Shown: positions 9,285-18,454 of the stretch, in pieces | How positions within the stretch are numbered: the stretch's first letter is position 1 | Layout of the letters: the number at the start of each line of letters is the position of its first letter | Source of the DNA: Candidatus Micrarchaeota archaeon | GTDB lineage: Archaea; Micrarchaeota; Micrarchaeia; Anstonellales; Bilamarchaeaceae | Assembly (NCBI GenBank): GCA_014727975.1 | Contig: WJMK01000040.1 | Coordinates: 1 to 61,634, forward strand | Direction: 5' to 3' | DNA: 61,634 bases | Program-made: the position numbers and the translations under genes | The notes under the pieces: generated by a model | What the model was told of the DNA's origin: nothing | Seen by the model: the letters and a program-made list of their open reading frames with translations, nothing else | Databases searched by the model: none

Positions 9285-11447
9285 ATGAAAGTAGAATCCA
9301 GGCAGATTAAGAAAAATATTCAGGGTACAAATGCACCAAAGAACAGGGCAGAGAGGAGAAGCGCCAAATTCTGGAAAACAGTCAAGAATTCTGCAAAGGC
9401 AGTTGGAAGAACTGCAAAGAGCTTTGGGAGAGTTGCGGGTATTGGTGCAGCCGCATTAGTTCTTGGGAGTTCGCTTGCTGCAAAAAACGCAAAAGCGGAT
9501 GACAGCTGGAAACCTGCGGAGGGCAAGGGCGCAGGGGAGCCTGCACCGGTTGCTACGATATACAGTGAAGATGAGGCAGCAGCTGCACTGAAGGCTGCGG
9601 CAGAAAATCCGGAACTTGAACCTAAAGTAAGAGAGGAAGCGAAGGAAGCTGCGGAGGAGCTTGCAGGAGAGGGGGGAGAGGAGGGAGAAGGAAAGAGCCC
9701 CAAACCCAAAAAGAAAACCCCTTCAAAAAAACCAGAAAAAACTGGCGGAGAGGAAGAAGAGGCACAGACTGCATTCTTCAGCACAAACATGGGGGATTTG
9801 GGAAAATACCTCAAGCTCAATGCTTTGCCAATCCCGGGAATGATGGGCGATAGGGAAGGCTCCGGGGAAGGCAGGCTTGACCAGCCGGTACTTGTTGGGG
9901 TGAACGCACTTGGCAATGAAGCAGGGCATGCAGTATTTGGGAATTTTGGATACCTGAATCTTGTAAGGCTGGACCTTGGGGCAGCAATGTTTACAAACAT
10001 GCCAATGGTGCCGATTGGCAGGTTGATGCTCAGCCCTGAATTCAATGTTCGATATGCCAAGGGAAAAAGCGGGGAAGGAAACGTAAAGGGGGCGTACTAT
10101 GGAAGTGCGGCATTTGCAGGGAACCTGCCTTCCTGGATATACAGTTCCCACTCAGCAGGGCTCGGGTGGAGCCAGTCCATGGGGGAAAACTTCAAGCTCA
10201 GGGTTGCAGGAATTATCGGTGGGGCGCTATCCTATCCGGCATGGGACGACATCTACATGAATTTCAGCACAGGGCTCTCTATGGAGATTGCAAAAACAGT
10301 GCTGCTCTATGGGGCACCTACATGCTACTTTGCGGCTGACAACCCGATGAGAACTGCATACGTGGGATATTATGAGCCCAAGTTCCAGGATGTGGAAGTG
10401 GGATTCCAGGTCATGATGCGCCGGGGAGTAGTGGGCCGTGCATTTGCGGACATAGGCCTTGTGGGGAACGATTACGGGCTATTCAACCGTTACGGATTCA
10501 AGCTCACAAAAGCCATGAGCATTCCTGGCAAGCTGGAAGCAGACTTCTGGGGAACAATCGGAATGACCCAGTGGTCCAATCTTTTCGGGGGAGGGATGGA
10601 CCCTGTGATAATGACCGGGATTAACTTCTCATTTGGGCAGGACAGGTTCAGGCACACCTACAGCTACAGCTACTCATACCTGAGAAGCTTTGACACAAGT
10701 GCCCCTGTAACCGACATTCCGAATTCAACCCATCCCGGGCCATATGGGTTCGGGAGGTCAGGGGACCCGTATTATGACGGACCCATAAACGAGGCGAAGC
10801 AAAGGATGGCGGATTCCGTGAGTTTTGAGCAGTTCAGCAACAGCTATTCGGGGGCATCAACAGAAGAGGTGCTGGTAACTGCAAGGTTCCTGGGCGCATT
10901 CATGGCACAGGTTGCATATGCAAACGACGCATATAACTCGATGACCACCGGGAACATTTTTGACGGGGAGATAAAAAGGATTGCAAATGCAGACCATGAG
11001 CAGATGTTCAGCTACCTGAAATCATACCTCTCCTGGTACCAGAACCACAGCGGGAATGAGCCGCTGCCTGAAAGCCTGAGGGGAGGGATTGCAGTATGTG
11101 CAGGGATACATTCCCTTATTACATCTTACCTGAACGCAAACGGGATAAATGCAGTTACTGCAAGCGTAAATACTCCGAACGGCCCTCACATGGTCACAAT
11201 TGCAAGGCTTGGGGGAAAGAATGTACTCCTGGATTATGGAAGCCAGATTAGCACAGAAGGGGATTTCATGCATATGTACGAAGCATATGGGCAACATACA
11301 GGAGCGCCCACATTCAAATCCCAGATTTACGGAAGGGACGGAAAATATGTTGGGACACTCGATACAAGCATGGAAAGGCTGCTGCGCGGGGCCATAGGCA
11401 TTGACAACAAGGAAGTGCTTCTGAGGAATTACCTGGGAGTATGGTAG
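9285..11447 (+). CDS. Membrane-anchored 720-aa protein: beta-rich central region + C-terminal transglutaminase-like Cys-His-Asp core
   Basis: N-terminal TM (AGIGAAALVLGSSLAA) followed by an acidic/Lys-rich linker. The C-terminus has GIAVCAGIHSL...GINAV...GPHMVTIA...VLLDYG, spaced like a transglutaminase core. Confidence 0.45.
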   Translation: MKVESRQIKKNIQGTNAPKNRAERRSAKFWKTVKNSAKAVGRTAKSFGRVAGIGAAALVLGSSLAAKNAKADDSWKPAEGKGAGEPAPVATIYSEDEAAAALKAAAENPELEPKVREEAKEAAEELAGEGGEEGEGKSPKPKKKTPSKKPEKTGGEEEEAQTAFFSTNMGDLGKYLKLNALPIPGMMGDREGSGEGRLDQPVLVGVNALGNEAGHAVFGNFGYLNLVRLDLGAAMFTNMPMVPIGRLMLSPEFNVRYAKGKSGEGNVKGAYYGSAAFAGNLPSWIYSSHSAGLGWSQSMGENFKLRVAGIIGGALSYPAWDDIYMNFSTGLSMEIAKTVLLYGAPTCYFAADNPMRTAYVGYYEPKFQDVEVGFQVMMRRGVVGRAFADIGLVGNDYGLFNRYGFKLTKAMSIPGKLEADFWGTIGMTQWSNLFGGGMDPVIMTGINFSFGQDRFRHTYSYSYSYLRSFDTSAPVTDIPNSTHPGPYGFGRSGDPYYDGPINEAKQRMADSVSFEQFSNSYSGASTEEVLVTARFLGAFMAQVAYANDAYNSMTTGNIFDGEIKRIANADHEQMFSYLKSYLSWYQNHSGNEPLPESLRGGIAVCAGIHSLITSYLNANGINAVTASVNTPNGPHMVTIARLGGKNVLLDYGSQISTEGDFMHMYEAYGQHTGAPTFKSQIYGRDGKYVGTLDTSMERLLRGAIGIDNKEVLLRNYLGVW

Positions 11448-11509
11448 CCCCATTTATTTTTTATATTATTTAAAATAAAGAAAAGAAAAAAACAAAAAAT
11501 CTGAGAAAT

Positions 11510-11701
11510 CTAAAGTTTTTCTACGTTTTCTGCTTTTGGTCCCCTGTCACCTTCGGTGACATCAAACTTTACTTTGTCTCCTTCGCGAATTGCTGTTCCT
11601 TCTTTGAGCCCGCTTGCGTGCACAAAGTACTCTTTTCCATCTTCTCCGGCAATGAAGCCAAACCTTTTGACATCATTGAAGAACTTTACTGTTCCTTCCA
11701 T
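11510..11701 (-). CDS. cspA: Cold-shock domain protein
   Basis: MEGTVKFFNDVKRFGFI (RNP1-like) and EYFVHAS (RNP2-like) motifs in a roughly 63-aa CSD. I took the ATG at 11701 as the start rather than the upstream GTG. Confidence 0.9.
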   Translation of the reverse strand: MEGTVKFFNDVKRFGFIAGEDGKEYFVHASGLKEGTAIREGDKVKFDVTEGDRGPKAENVEKL

Positions 11702-11978
11702 TTTCACACCAAACTATACTAACTGTAAAGAGATATGGAACGCAGATGTTTTAATTGTTCCTTTTGGGCAATTCAGTTCTCAATGCGCCTGAATACGTAT
11801 GCTGCTACGGTTGTGGTGAGCGCAAGGAAGCCCAGGCCATCCCCAGAAAACCCAGCAGGAGGCAAGGAACGTTCTGGATATGCTGGAGCTGGGAAGGCAA
11901 AGGGCGGAGGCGCTAAAAATATGGGCAAATTGGAAAAAGGGGCGGGAGGAAGAAAGCGCTCAGGAGATGGCCCTTTTC

Positions 11979-12878
11979 TTACTCCTGGTCAATGAGCTCC
12001 CGATTCAGCCCCTGGCGCTCAAGCTTAGTTTTCAGTTTCCTCGCTGCAAGCGCCACAAGGGAGCGGGCCTTTTCCCTGCTTAATTTCAGGTCTCCTGCGA
12101 TTTCTGAAACGCTTTTTTGTGGAGTGCCGTTAAGCCCAAAACTTGCTTCCAGTGCAGAGCGCTCGAAATCGTTAAGGGAAAAAAGGGCAGAAGAGATGGC
12201 TTTTTTAAGCGAGGCTTTTTCAACGGAAGAAACCGGATTCGGATAGTGTTCCTGCTTCTTCCTGACCCTGGATATGGGGATATAGGGGGCGGAATCCGGC
12301 TCTGCACCTGTTTTTGGGCCTGCCTTTTCTCCGTAAAGGAGGGTGCTTCCGTCCTTTGGGACCCTTGCGTTTTTGTAAATTTCAGATGTCCATTCTATCT
12401 GCCTGGCTTTGGAAAGGGAAATGGCCATGTATGCAGCAAAATCATCTGTCCTCCCCTGGGGATGGTACCTCTTCCAGGTGCGGTATGCAAAAATATCGTT
12501 CCTGGACTCCTGGGTAAAATGCAGGAGGGAATGTGTCTTCTCAAGCACTCTTTTGCAATCCTTCATGCTTTCAACCGCAAAACTGGAAAACTTCCCTTTT
12601 GGGGGCAGCCATTTCCTTGCACTTTTAATGAGCGAAACAAGGCATTCCTGCTCAACATCCTCCATCTGCACCCCGCGCACTAAATCCAGGTTATGCCTGC
12701 GTATTCCCAAGTAGATGAGGCCCTTGTTCTGGAGGGCAAACTCCCCGGGGTCCTTTTGCGCAAATGAGAACCTCTCTATGTCATCTTTTTCTTTTGCAGA
12801 AATAATGCGTGTTGGCTTCATTGGTGCCCTTTTCCGGGGCTGCCTGGGTTTGATTATGGATTTTCCTGGAGATTGCAT
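11979..12878 (-). CDS. Sigma-70-family-like protein (regions 2, 3 and 4 recognisable)
   Basis: Region 2-like block: NKGLIYLGIRRH..MEDVEQECLVSLIKSARKW.PPKGKFSSFAVESM. Region 4.2-like HTH: LNDFERSALEASFGLNGTPQKSVSEIAGDLKLSREKARSLVALAARKLK. Confidence 0.6.
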   Translation of the reverse strand: MQSPGKSIIKPRQPRKRAPMKPTRIISAKEKDDIERFSFAQKDPGEFALQNKGLIYLGIRRHNLDLVRGVQMEDVEQECLVSLIKSARKWLPPKGKFSSFAVESMKDCKRVLEKTHSLLHFTQESRNDIFAYRTWKRYHPQGRTDDFAAYMAISLSKARQIEWTSEIYKNARVPKDGSTLLYGEKAGPKTGAEPDSAPYIPISRVRKKQEHYPNPVSSVEKASLKKAISSALFSLNDFERSALEASFGLNGTPQKSVSEIAGDLKLSREKARSLVALAARKLKTKLERQGLNRELIDQE

Positions 12879-12969
12879 ATGCTGGGATATTAACCGCCGA
12901 AGGGTTTAAATTGCAATATCCGGGCCTTGATAAGCAAGGATTATATTGGTTCTTGCATCGTTATTGCAT

Positions 12970-13440
12970 ATGGGAAAAAATAAGGAAGCTGCATTCGGGG
13001 CAGGATGCTTCTGGGGAGTGGAAGGCGAATTCATGAAGATAAAGGGAGTGGAAGAAACAGAAGCGGGATACATGGGGGGGAAAACCGAAAACCCAAATTA
13101 CGATGAAGTGTGCACAGGCAAAACAGGGCATGCGGAAACCGTGCACCTGAAATATGACCCGGATGAGGTTTCGTATGGGGAACTGCTGGATGCATTCTGG
13201 GGGATGCACAATCCCACTACTCCCAACCGGCAGGGGCTGGATATGGGGAGCCAGTACCGCTCCGTAATCTTCTACTATAGTGAAGAGCAAAAAAAGCAAG
13301 CGGAAAAATCAAAACAGGAGCAGCAAGAGAAACTGGGAGGGAGAAAAATAGTTACGGAAATCGTTCCTGCAGGGAGATTCTGGAGGGCAGAGGAATACCA
13401 CCAGAAATACAAGCAGAAAAACAAGGGAAAGTTTTTCTAG
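12970..13440 (+). CDS. msrA: Peptide methionine (S)-S-oxide reductase
   Basis: GAGCFWGVEGEF active-site motif, then GYMGG and HAETV..YDP. ATG 12970 was chosen because ggattatattgg lies about 30 nt upstream. Confidence 0.9.
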   Translation: MGKNKEAAFGAGCFWGVEGEFMKIKGVEETEAGYMGGKTENPNYDEVCTGKTGHAETVHLKYDPDEVSYGELLDAFWGMHNPTTPNRQGLDMGSQYRSVIFYYSEEQKKQAEKSKQEQQEKLGGRKIVTEIVPAGRFWRAEEYHQKYKQKNKGKFF

Positions 13441-13442
13441 CA

Positions 13443-14855
13443 CTAGTATTTTTCCTCTACTTTTTTCTGCACCCAGGAGGGCTTGCGGAAATGGAACATG
13501 AGCAGGGGCGCGGAAACAAGCACAATTATCCCAAGCAAAAGAAATCCGTCATAGAACAACAGGTTTCCGACCTGTTCCTGGGAAGGAGGAAAGAACCCAA
13601 GTGCAATTGCAGCAATTGAAGCAAGCAGCCCTGTCCCTGCAATAATCCAAACCCCATGCCTTCCCCCGGGCATGCGGAACATTCCTGGTTTCACCTTTAC
13701 TTTTTTGGAATGGAAGATTGCTGCGGCAAACATCATTATGTACATAATAAGGTAGAGCTGGGCGGTAAGCGCAGTAAGTATCCAGAAGGAGCCGCTTACA
13801 TCCGGCATAAGGATGAAAACCGCACCAAGCAGGGTCACCAGCACGCCCTGGAGGAAGAGCACAGTTGTAGGCATATCCTTGCTGTTTACGCGGCTGAATA
13901 GAGGGGGGAGGGAGCCCTCCCGCGCAACTTTGAGGATGCCGCGGCTGGGGCCTGCAATCCATGTATTGATTTGGGCAACCGTGCCTCCCACAATAAGCAC
14001 AAGCACAACAGGCAGGAGCCAGCCCATGGAATAATGGGAGAGGAGGGCGGTAAAGGCTTCCATTACCCCTGCGACCAGGCTGATTTTCTGCTGCGGGACC
14101 ACCGAGGCGATTGCAAGCGAGCCCAGCACAAAAACAACAAGGGCGATTGCAGAAGCCAGGAAAATTGCGCGCGGGTATTCCTTTGAGGGGTTGCGGAGGC
14201 GCTTTATGTGCGCTGCAGACATCTCTATTCCTGCATAAAGCAGGATTCCCCCTATCGCAAGGACAAGGCTGCCTACTCCCTCGAAATCCGGGAGTAATGC
14301 AGAAGCGGAGATTTCAAATTGAATCGGGTTGCCCTGGAGAATCCAGATGAGGGAAAGCAGGATGAGGAACGCTCCGGGGATAAGTGTGCCCAGCATTACT
14401 CCGTAGGTGCTTATTTTCGTGGAAACTTTCATCCCGCGGAAATTGAGCAGGGTAACGCCCCAGTATATACAAAGGATTACTGCAAACACAAAAAGGCTAT
14501 TGTCCGCAAGTGCAGGATTGAATGCAAATGCAAGGGTTGCTGCAGCAAAGCTCAATATTGTCATGTAAAGGGTAACGCTTTGTATCCACTGGAGCCAGAT
14601 TGCAAGGAGGCCCCATTTCTTTCCAAATGCATTTGAAACCCATACGTTTACGCCCCCTGTGGGGAAGCGGGTTGCAAGGAATGCTGCGGTTAATGCAGCA
14701 GGAATAAAGAACAGGAGCGCGGTGAGCGCATAGAAGAATATGGAAGAAAAACCAAACTCTGCATTCTCAGTGAGCCCGCTGAGGCTGAAGAGCGCTGCAA
14801 CAGTCATCAATGCAAGGGTAACTACCCCGATGTAGCCCTTGCCATTTTTAGGCAT
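13443..14855 (-). CDS. APC-superfamily amino-acid permease (glutamate/GABA antiporter-like)
   Basis: 470 aa with about 12 predicted TM helices and APC-type N-terminal segments. Confidence 0.8.
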   Translation of the reverse strand: MPKNGKGYIGVVTLALMTVAALFSLSGLTENAEFGFSSIFFYALTALLFFIPAALTAAFLATRFPTGGVNVWVSNAFGKKWGLLAIWLQWIQSVTLYMTILSFAAATLAFAFNPALADNSLFVFAVILCIYWGVTLLNFRGMKVSTKISTYGVMLGTLIPGAFLILLSLIWILQGNPIQFEISASALLPDFEGVGSLVLAIGGILLYAGIEMSAAHIKRLRNPSKEYPRAIFLASAIALVVFVLGSLAIASVVPQQKISLVAGVMEAFTALLSHYSMGWLLPVVLVLIVGGTVAQINTWIAGPSRGILKVAREGSLPPLFSRVNSKDMPTTVLFLQGVLVTLLGAVFILMPDVSGSFWILTALTAQLYLIMYIMMFAAAIFHSKKVKVKPGMFRMPGGRHGVWIIAGTGLLASIAAIALGFFPPSQEQVGNLLFYDGFLLLGIIVLVSAPLLMFHFRKPSWVQKKVEEKY

Positions 14856-14973
14856 GGGAGAATATTAAGGGAAAGGCTTAAGTGCATTAGAGGCTGCGCC
14901 TGCATTTCACTTCTTGCAAAAAATGCAGAGGATTCTTACTCTGGGATGCCGTTTTCCCCTAAATAGCAGGGCC

Positions 14974-16698
14974 TCAGGGAAGCCGCCCGAACACCTTCTT
15001 CAGTCTTGAATAGGGAAGTGCATTCAGCACATCTTCTCTGGTAAGCCATCCCCTGCGGGCCTGCCCAACCCCAAAGCGGATGTAGTCCAGCTGGGTGGAA
15101 GCATGCGCATCCGTAACTATTGTGAATTTGAGCCCATGCTTTTTTGCAAGGCGGATGTGGGAAGAATTAAGGTCAAGGCGTAGGGGCTGGGAATTTATTT
15201 CCATTGCCTTCCCATTGTCTGCTGCAACCTTGAAAATCTTCTCAAAATCAACAGCGCAGGGCTCCCTCTGCCCGATAAGGCGGCCGGAGGGATGGGCAAG
15301 GCTGTCCAGGTATTCGTTCTCCAGGGCGGTGCAGATGCGCTCGGTCATCTCCCTCCTGGGCATTTTGAGCGAGGAATGGACGCCTCCCACACAGACATTG
15401 AGCTTCCTGAGTATTTTGTCCGGGTAATCCAGCTCCCCATTCTTGAGTATGTTTACTTCTGCACCCTTCAGGACCTTGAGTTTGGACTTCTTTGCAGCCT
15501 TGTCGATTTCCTTCCACTGGGACCTGAGGCGCTCAACAGAAAGCCCGTGCGCAATCCGTTCGGATTTTGAGTGGTCGGTGATTGCATAATACTTGTATCC
15601 CAGGGAAGATGCTGCCTTGAGCATATCCTCTATTGATTCCACTCCGTCGCTATAGTTTGTGTGGGTGTGCAAATCCCCGCAGATATCCCCTTGCTGGATA
15701 AGCCGGGGGACCTTTGAGTTGGAGGCGAGCCCGATTTCTCCGTTTGACTGCCGCATTTCCGGGGGGATAAACTGGAGCCCGAGCTTCTTGTAAACATCCT
15801 CTTCTGTGCGGGAAGCAAGATTCTTGCCGGTGCGCTTGCTGAAAAGCCCGTATTCGGAAAGCTTGTATCCTTTTTTGATTGCGATTTTGCGGAGCTCTAT
15901 GTTGTGCTGCTTATTTCCGGTGAAATAAAGAAGCGCGGCCCCATACTCCTTCTTGGGCAAAATCCGGAAATCAATCTGCACCCCGGACCTGAGCTGGACG
16001 CTGGACTTGGTTTTGCCCTTTGCAAGCACCCTGGAAACATTGGGCATCTTTGTGAAAACCCCCATGCACTCTTCTGCGTCACTGCAGGTGGCGAGTATGT
16101 CTATGTCCCCAATTGTTTCCTTCATGCGGCGAAGGGAACCGGCATAGTCTATGCTGGAAACAGGCGCATTTTCCTTGAGGTAAGAGATGGTTTCTTCTGC
16201 AATGCCCATTGCCTGGGGGATAAGCATGCGGGCCTGCCCAATGGAAAAGAGCTTGAGGGACTGGAGAATGTTTTTCTCAGTTTTTTCCCCGAACCCGGAA
16301 AGTTCCCGGACCCTGCCTTCCTTAAGGGCTTTCCTTAGCCCATCTACAGAAGAGATGCCCAGTTCATCCTGGAGCTGCTTTACCTTGGAGGGCCCAAGGC
16401 CCTTTATCCGCATAAGCTCGGAAGAGCCAGAAGGAGAGGAGCTGAATAGCCTTTCCCATTTTTTTACCTTACCGGTTTTAATGTATTCTTCAATGTGCAG
16501 GGCAATGGATTCCCCTACTCCGGGGATTTTTTCAAGTCCTTTTTTGCCTTCTGATTCATAGATGGCTTTGAGAGGTTCCCTGAGGCCCTCTATTCCGCGT
16601 GCGGCTCTCCTGTATGCGCGGGGCTTCCATTCTATTTTCTTGAGCTCCAGCACATCGGCGCATTTTCGCAGAAGGGAAACAAACTCCTCATTTGCCAT
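14974..16698 (-). CDS. polX: Family X DNA polymerase with C-terminal PHP phosphoesterase domain
   Basis: HhH motifs (IPGVGESIA, IKGLGPSK), the nucleotidyltransferase motif GSLRRMKETIGDIDIL, and the PHP motif GDLHTHTNYSDG...ITDHS. Confidence 0.9.
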   Translation of the reverse strand: MANEEFVSLLRKCADVLELKKIEWKPRAYRRAARGIEGLREPLKAIYESEGKKGLEKIPGVGESIALHIEEYIKTGKVKKWERLFSSSPSGSSELMRIKGLGPSKVKQLQDELGISSVDGLRKALKEGRVRELSGFGEKTEKNILQSLKLFSIGQARMLIPQAMGIAEETISYLKENAPVSSIDYAGSLRRMKETIGDIDILATCSDAEECMGVFTKMPNVSRVLAKGKTKSSVQLRSGVQIDFRILPKKEYGAALLYFTGNKQHNIELRKIAIKKGYKLSEYGLFSKRTGKNLASRTEEDVYKKLGLQFIPPEMRQSNGEIGLASNSKVPRLIQQGDICGDLHTHTNYSDGVESIEDMLKAASSLGYKYYAITDHSKSERIAHGLSVERLRSQWKEIDKAAKKSKLKVLKGAEVNILKNGELDYPDKILRKLNVCVGGVHSSLKMPRREMTERICTALENEYLDSLAHPSGRLIGQREPCAVDFEKIFKVAADNGKAMEINSQPLRLDLNSSHIRLAKKHGLKFTIVTDAHASTQLDYIRFGVGQARRGWLTREDVLNALPYSRLKKVFGRLP

Positions 16699-18412
16699 GC
16701 TTTATCCCTCGGATTTCATTTACCGTAGTGGCATCTTCCGCCCCCTTGTCCTTCCGGGTGCGGAGGAAACGGGGGAAGCGGAGTGCCAGCCCCTTCCTTT
16801 TCTTTTTGCCTGCAGTGTGGCCCGGGCTGTGGGTTATCTCTGCTCCCAGCACTTCCACCACAAGGCCGGGAGAATAATAAACATCCGGCTCCATCTGCTT
16901 TGCAATCTCCACATTGGGAGGCTTTTTGGAAACCTTGTGCTTCCTGAGCAGCTTTTCGATGCGGGCAAAATCCTCATCCTTGTAGCCTGTGCCAACCTTG
17001 GTAAATGTCTGGAACTTTTTGGTTTTGCGGTTGAATGCGGCACAAAGCAGGGCGCCAAAATGCCCTCTCCTGCTGCCCTTTCCATAATAGCTGCCAACCA
17101 CTGCAAGGTCAAATGTGTCCTGCATCCCTTCTGCATACTCCTTTTTCCATTTTATCCAGAGCCAGCCCCTGTTCCCCGGCTGGTAGATGGAGTCAGGGGA
17201 AGTAGATTTCACGATTATGCCTTCAAGGCCCTTCTTTATGCATTTCCTGAAAAATTCCCGGATTTTCTTGAAATCCTTTGAAACAAGGCGCTTTGCAATG
17301 TGGATTTTTCCGGATTCTTTTATTGTTTTTTCAAGAAGGGCGCGGCGCCTTGGGTAAGGCTTTTTCAGCAGTGATTTTCCGTTCAGGTAAATAATGTCAA
17401 AAAAGAAAACTGCAGCAGGCACCTTTTCCGTGTATTCCTCTATATCATATTTGCGCCTGCGCTGCATAAGGGACTGGAAAGGCTTCAGCTTCCCGTTTTC
17501 ATATGCAACAACCTCCCCGTCAAGCACTGCCTTCTTTGCCCTGATTTGCTTTTTTGCTGCTGAAACTATGGCAGGGTATTGGGAAGTTATGTCGTTCAGT
17601 CTGCGGGAAAATGCGCGCACTTCATCCCCGTTTTTGTGGAGCTGAATGCGTTCCCCATCATATTTTTCTTCTGCGGCAAACTCCTCGGCGCCCTCCATTT
17701 TCTTAAGGATTTCAGAAACTTTCTTTACTCGCTGGGCAAGCATTGCGCGCACCGGGCGGCCAATGCTTATGCTGAAGCGCTTTGCAGATGAGATTCCGTT
17801 TTCTGAAAGCGCGCTGCCCAGCTTGCCGATATCTGTGCATTTATTGTAGGCGTCCTCTATTGCAGCTTTTGCGCCCTCCCCTTCGGCAAAGGCATCTGCA
17901 AACGCATCAATAAGTGTTTGTTCCCCTATCCCCATGCGCAGCTTCCCGAGCGCGATGCGGAGGATGTACTTGGATTCCTCTGCACTTGAATCCTGCAAAA
18001 GGGAGGAGAGTATGCTTGTCTTTTTTGACTGGCTGGACTCCCCGGAAGCATCCTTTATTGCATGGAGGCTGTTGTAAATGCGTTTCATGGGCATTCTGCT
18101 TTTTTTTAGCGGGTTCAGCTTTTGGGCAACATCGCCCAGGTCCCCTGCCTTGTCCAGAAGCTTTTTTGCTTTTTCTTCTTCTATGGAGTATGCCTGTGAC
18201 ACTGCGCGCAGAGCCATTTTCTCTGCAATGCCCAAATCAGTATCCTCGTATTTTGCACCTATTGTGCCTAAGGTGAGGTAGGATGCAATGCGCACATCAG
18301 CGGGCTTAAGCGACTTGAAGAATTTGGAAAGCTCATCGCGCTTGGAATTGTAAGAAGAGATTGCTTCAATGCGGGAATAGAGCTTTGCGAGCCTGCTGAA
18401 AGAAGCGCACAT
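16688..18412 (-). CDS. lig: ATP-dependent DNA ligase (Lig1/Cdc9 type, with N-terminal DNA-binding domain)
   Basis: Adenylation motif I EEKYDGERIQ, plus EGIIVKS and WLWIKWKKEY (motif V-like). 574 aa. A TATA-like gcataaatactgc lies about 30 nt upstream. Confidence 0.92.
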   Translation of the reverse strand: MCASFSRLAKLYSRIEAISSYNSKRDELSKFFKSLKPADVRIASYLTLGTIGAKYEDTDLGIAEKMALRAVSQAYSIEEEKAKKLLDKAGDLGDVAQKLNPLKKSRMPMKRIYNSLHAIKDASGESSQSKKTSILSSLLQDSSAEESKYILRIALGKLRMGIGEQTLIDAFADAFAEGEGAKAAIEDAYNKCTDIGKLGSALSENGISSAKRFSISIGRPVRAMLAQRVKKVSEILKKMEGAEEFAAEEKYDGERIQLHKNGDEVRAFSRRLNDITSQYPAIVSAAKKQIRAKKAVLDGEVVAYENGKLKPFQSLMQRRRKYDIEEYTEKVPAAVFFFDIIYLNGKSLLKKPYPRRRALLEKTIKESGKIHIAKRLVSKDFKKIREFFRKCIKKGLEGIIVKSTSPDSIYQPGNRGWLWIKWKKEYAEGMQDTFDLAVVGSYYGKGSRRGHFGALLCAAFNRKTKKFQTFTKVGTGYKDEDFARIEKLLRKHKVSKKPPNVEIAKQMEPDVYYSPGLVVEVLGAEITHSPGHTAGKKKRKGLALRFPRFLRTRKDKGAEDATTVNEIRGIKHGK

Positions 18413-18454
18413 GGAAGTGTAAATACTTTGCAGTATTTATGCTTTGCTGAACAG

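Noticed and set aside
12946-12969. TTG start for msrA as given in the ORF track.
   Set aside because: ATG 12970 sits at the proper distance from the TATA-like ggattatattgg. It also gives an N-terminus that leads directly into the conserved GCFWG motif.
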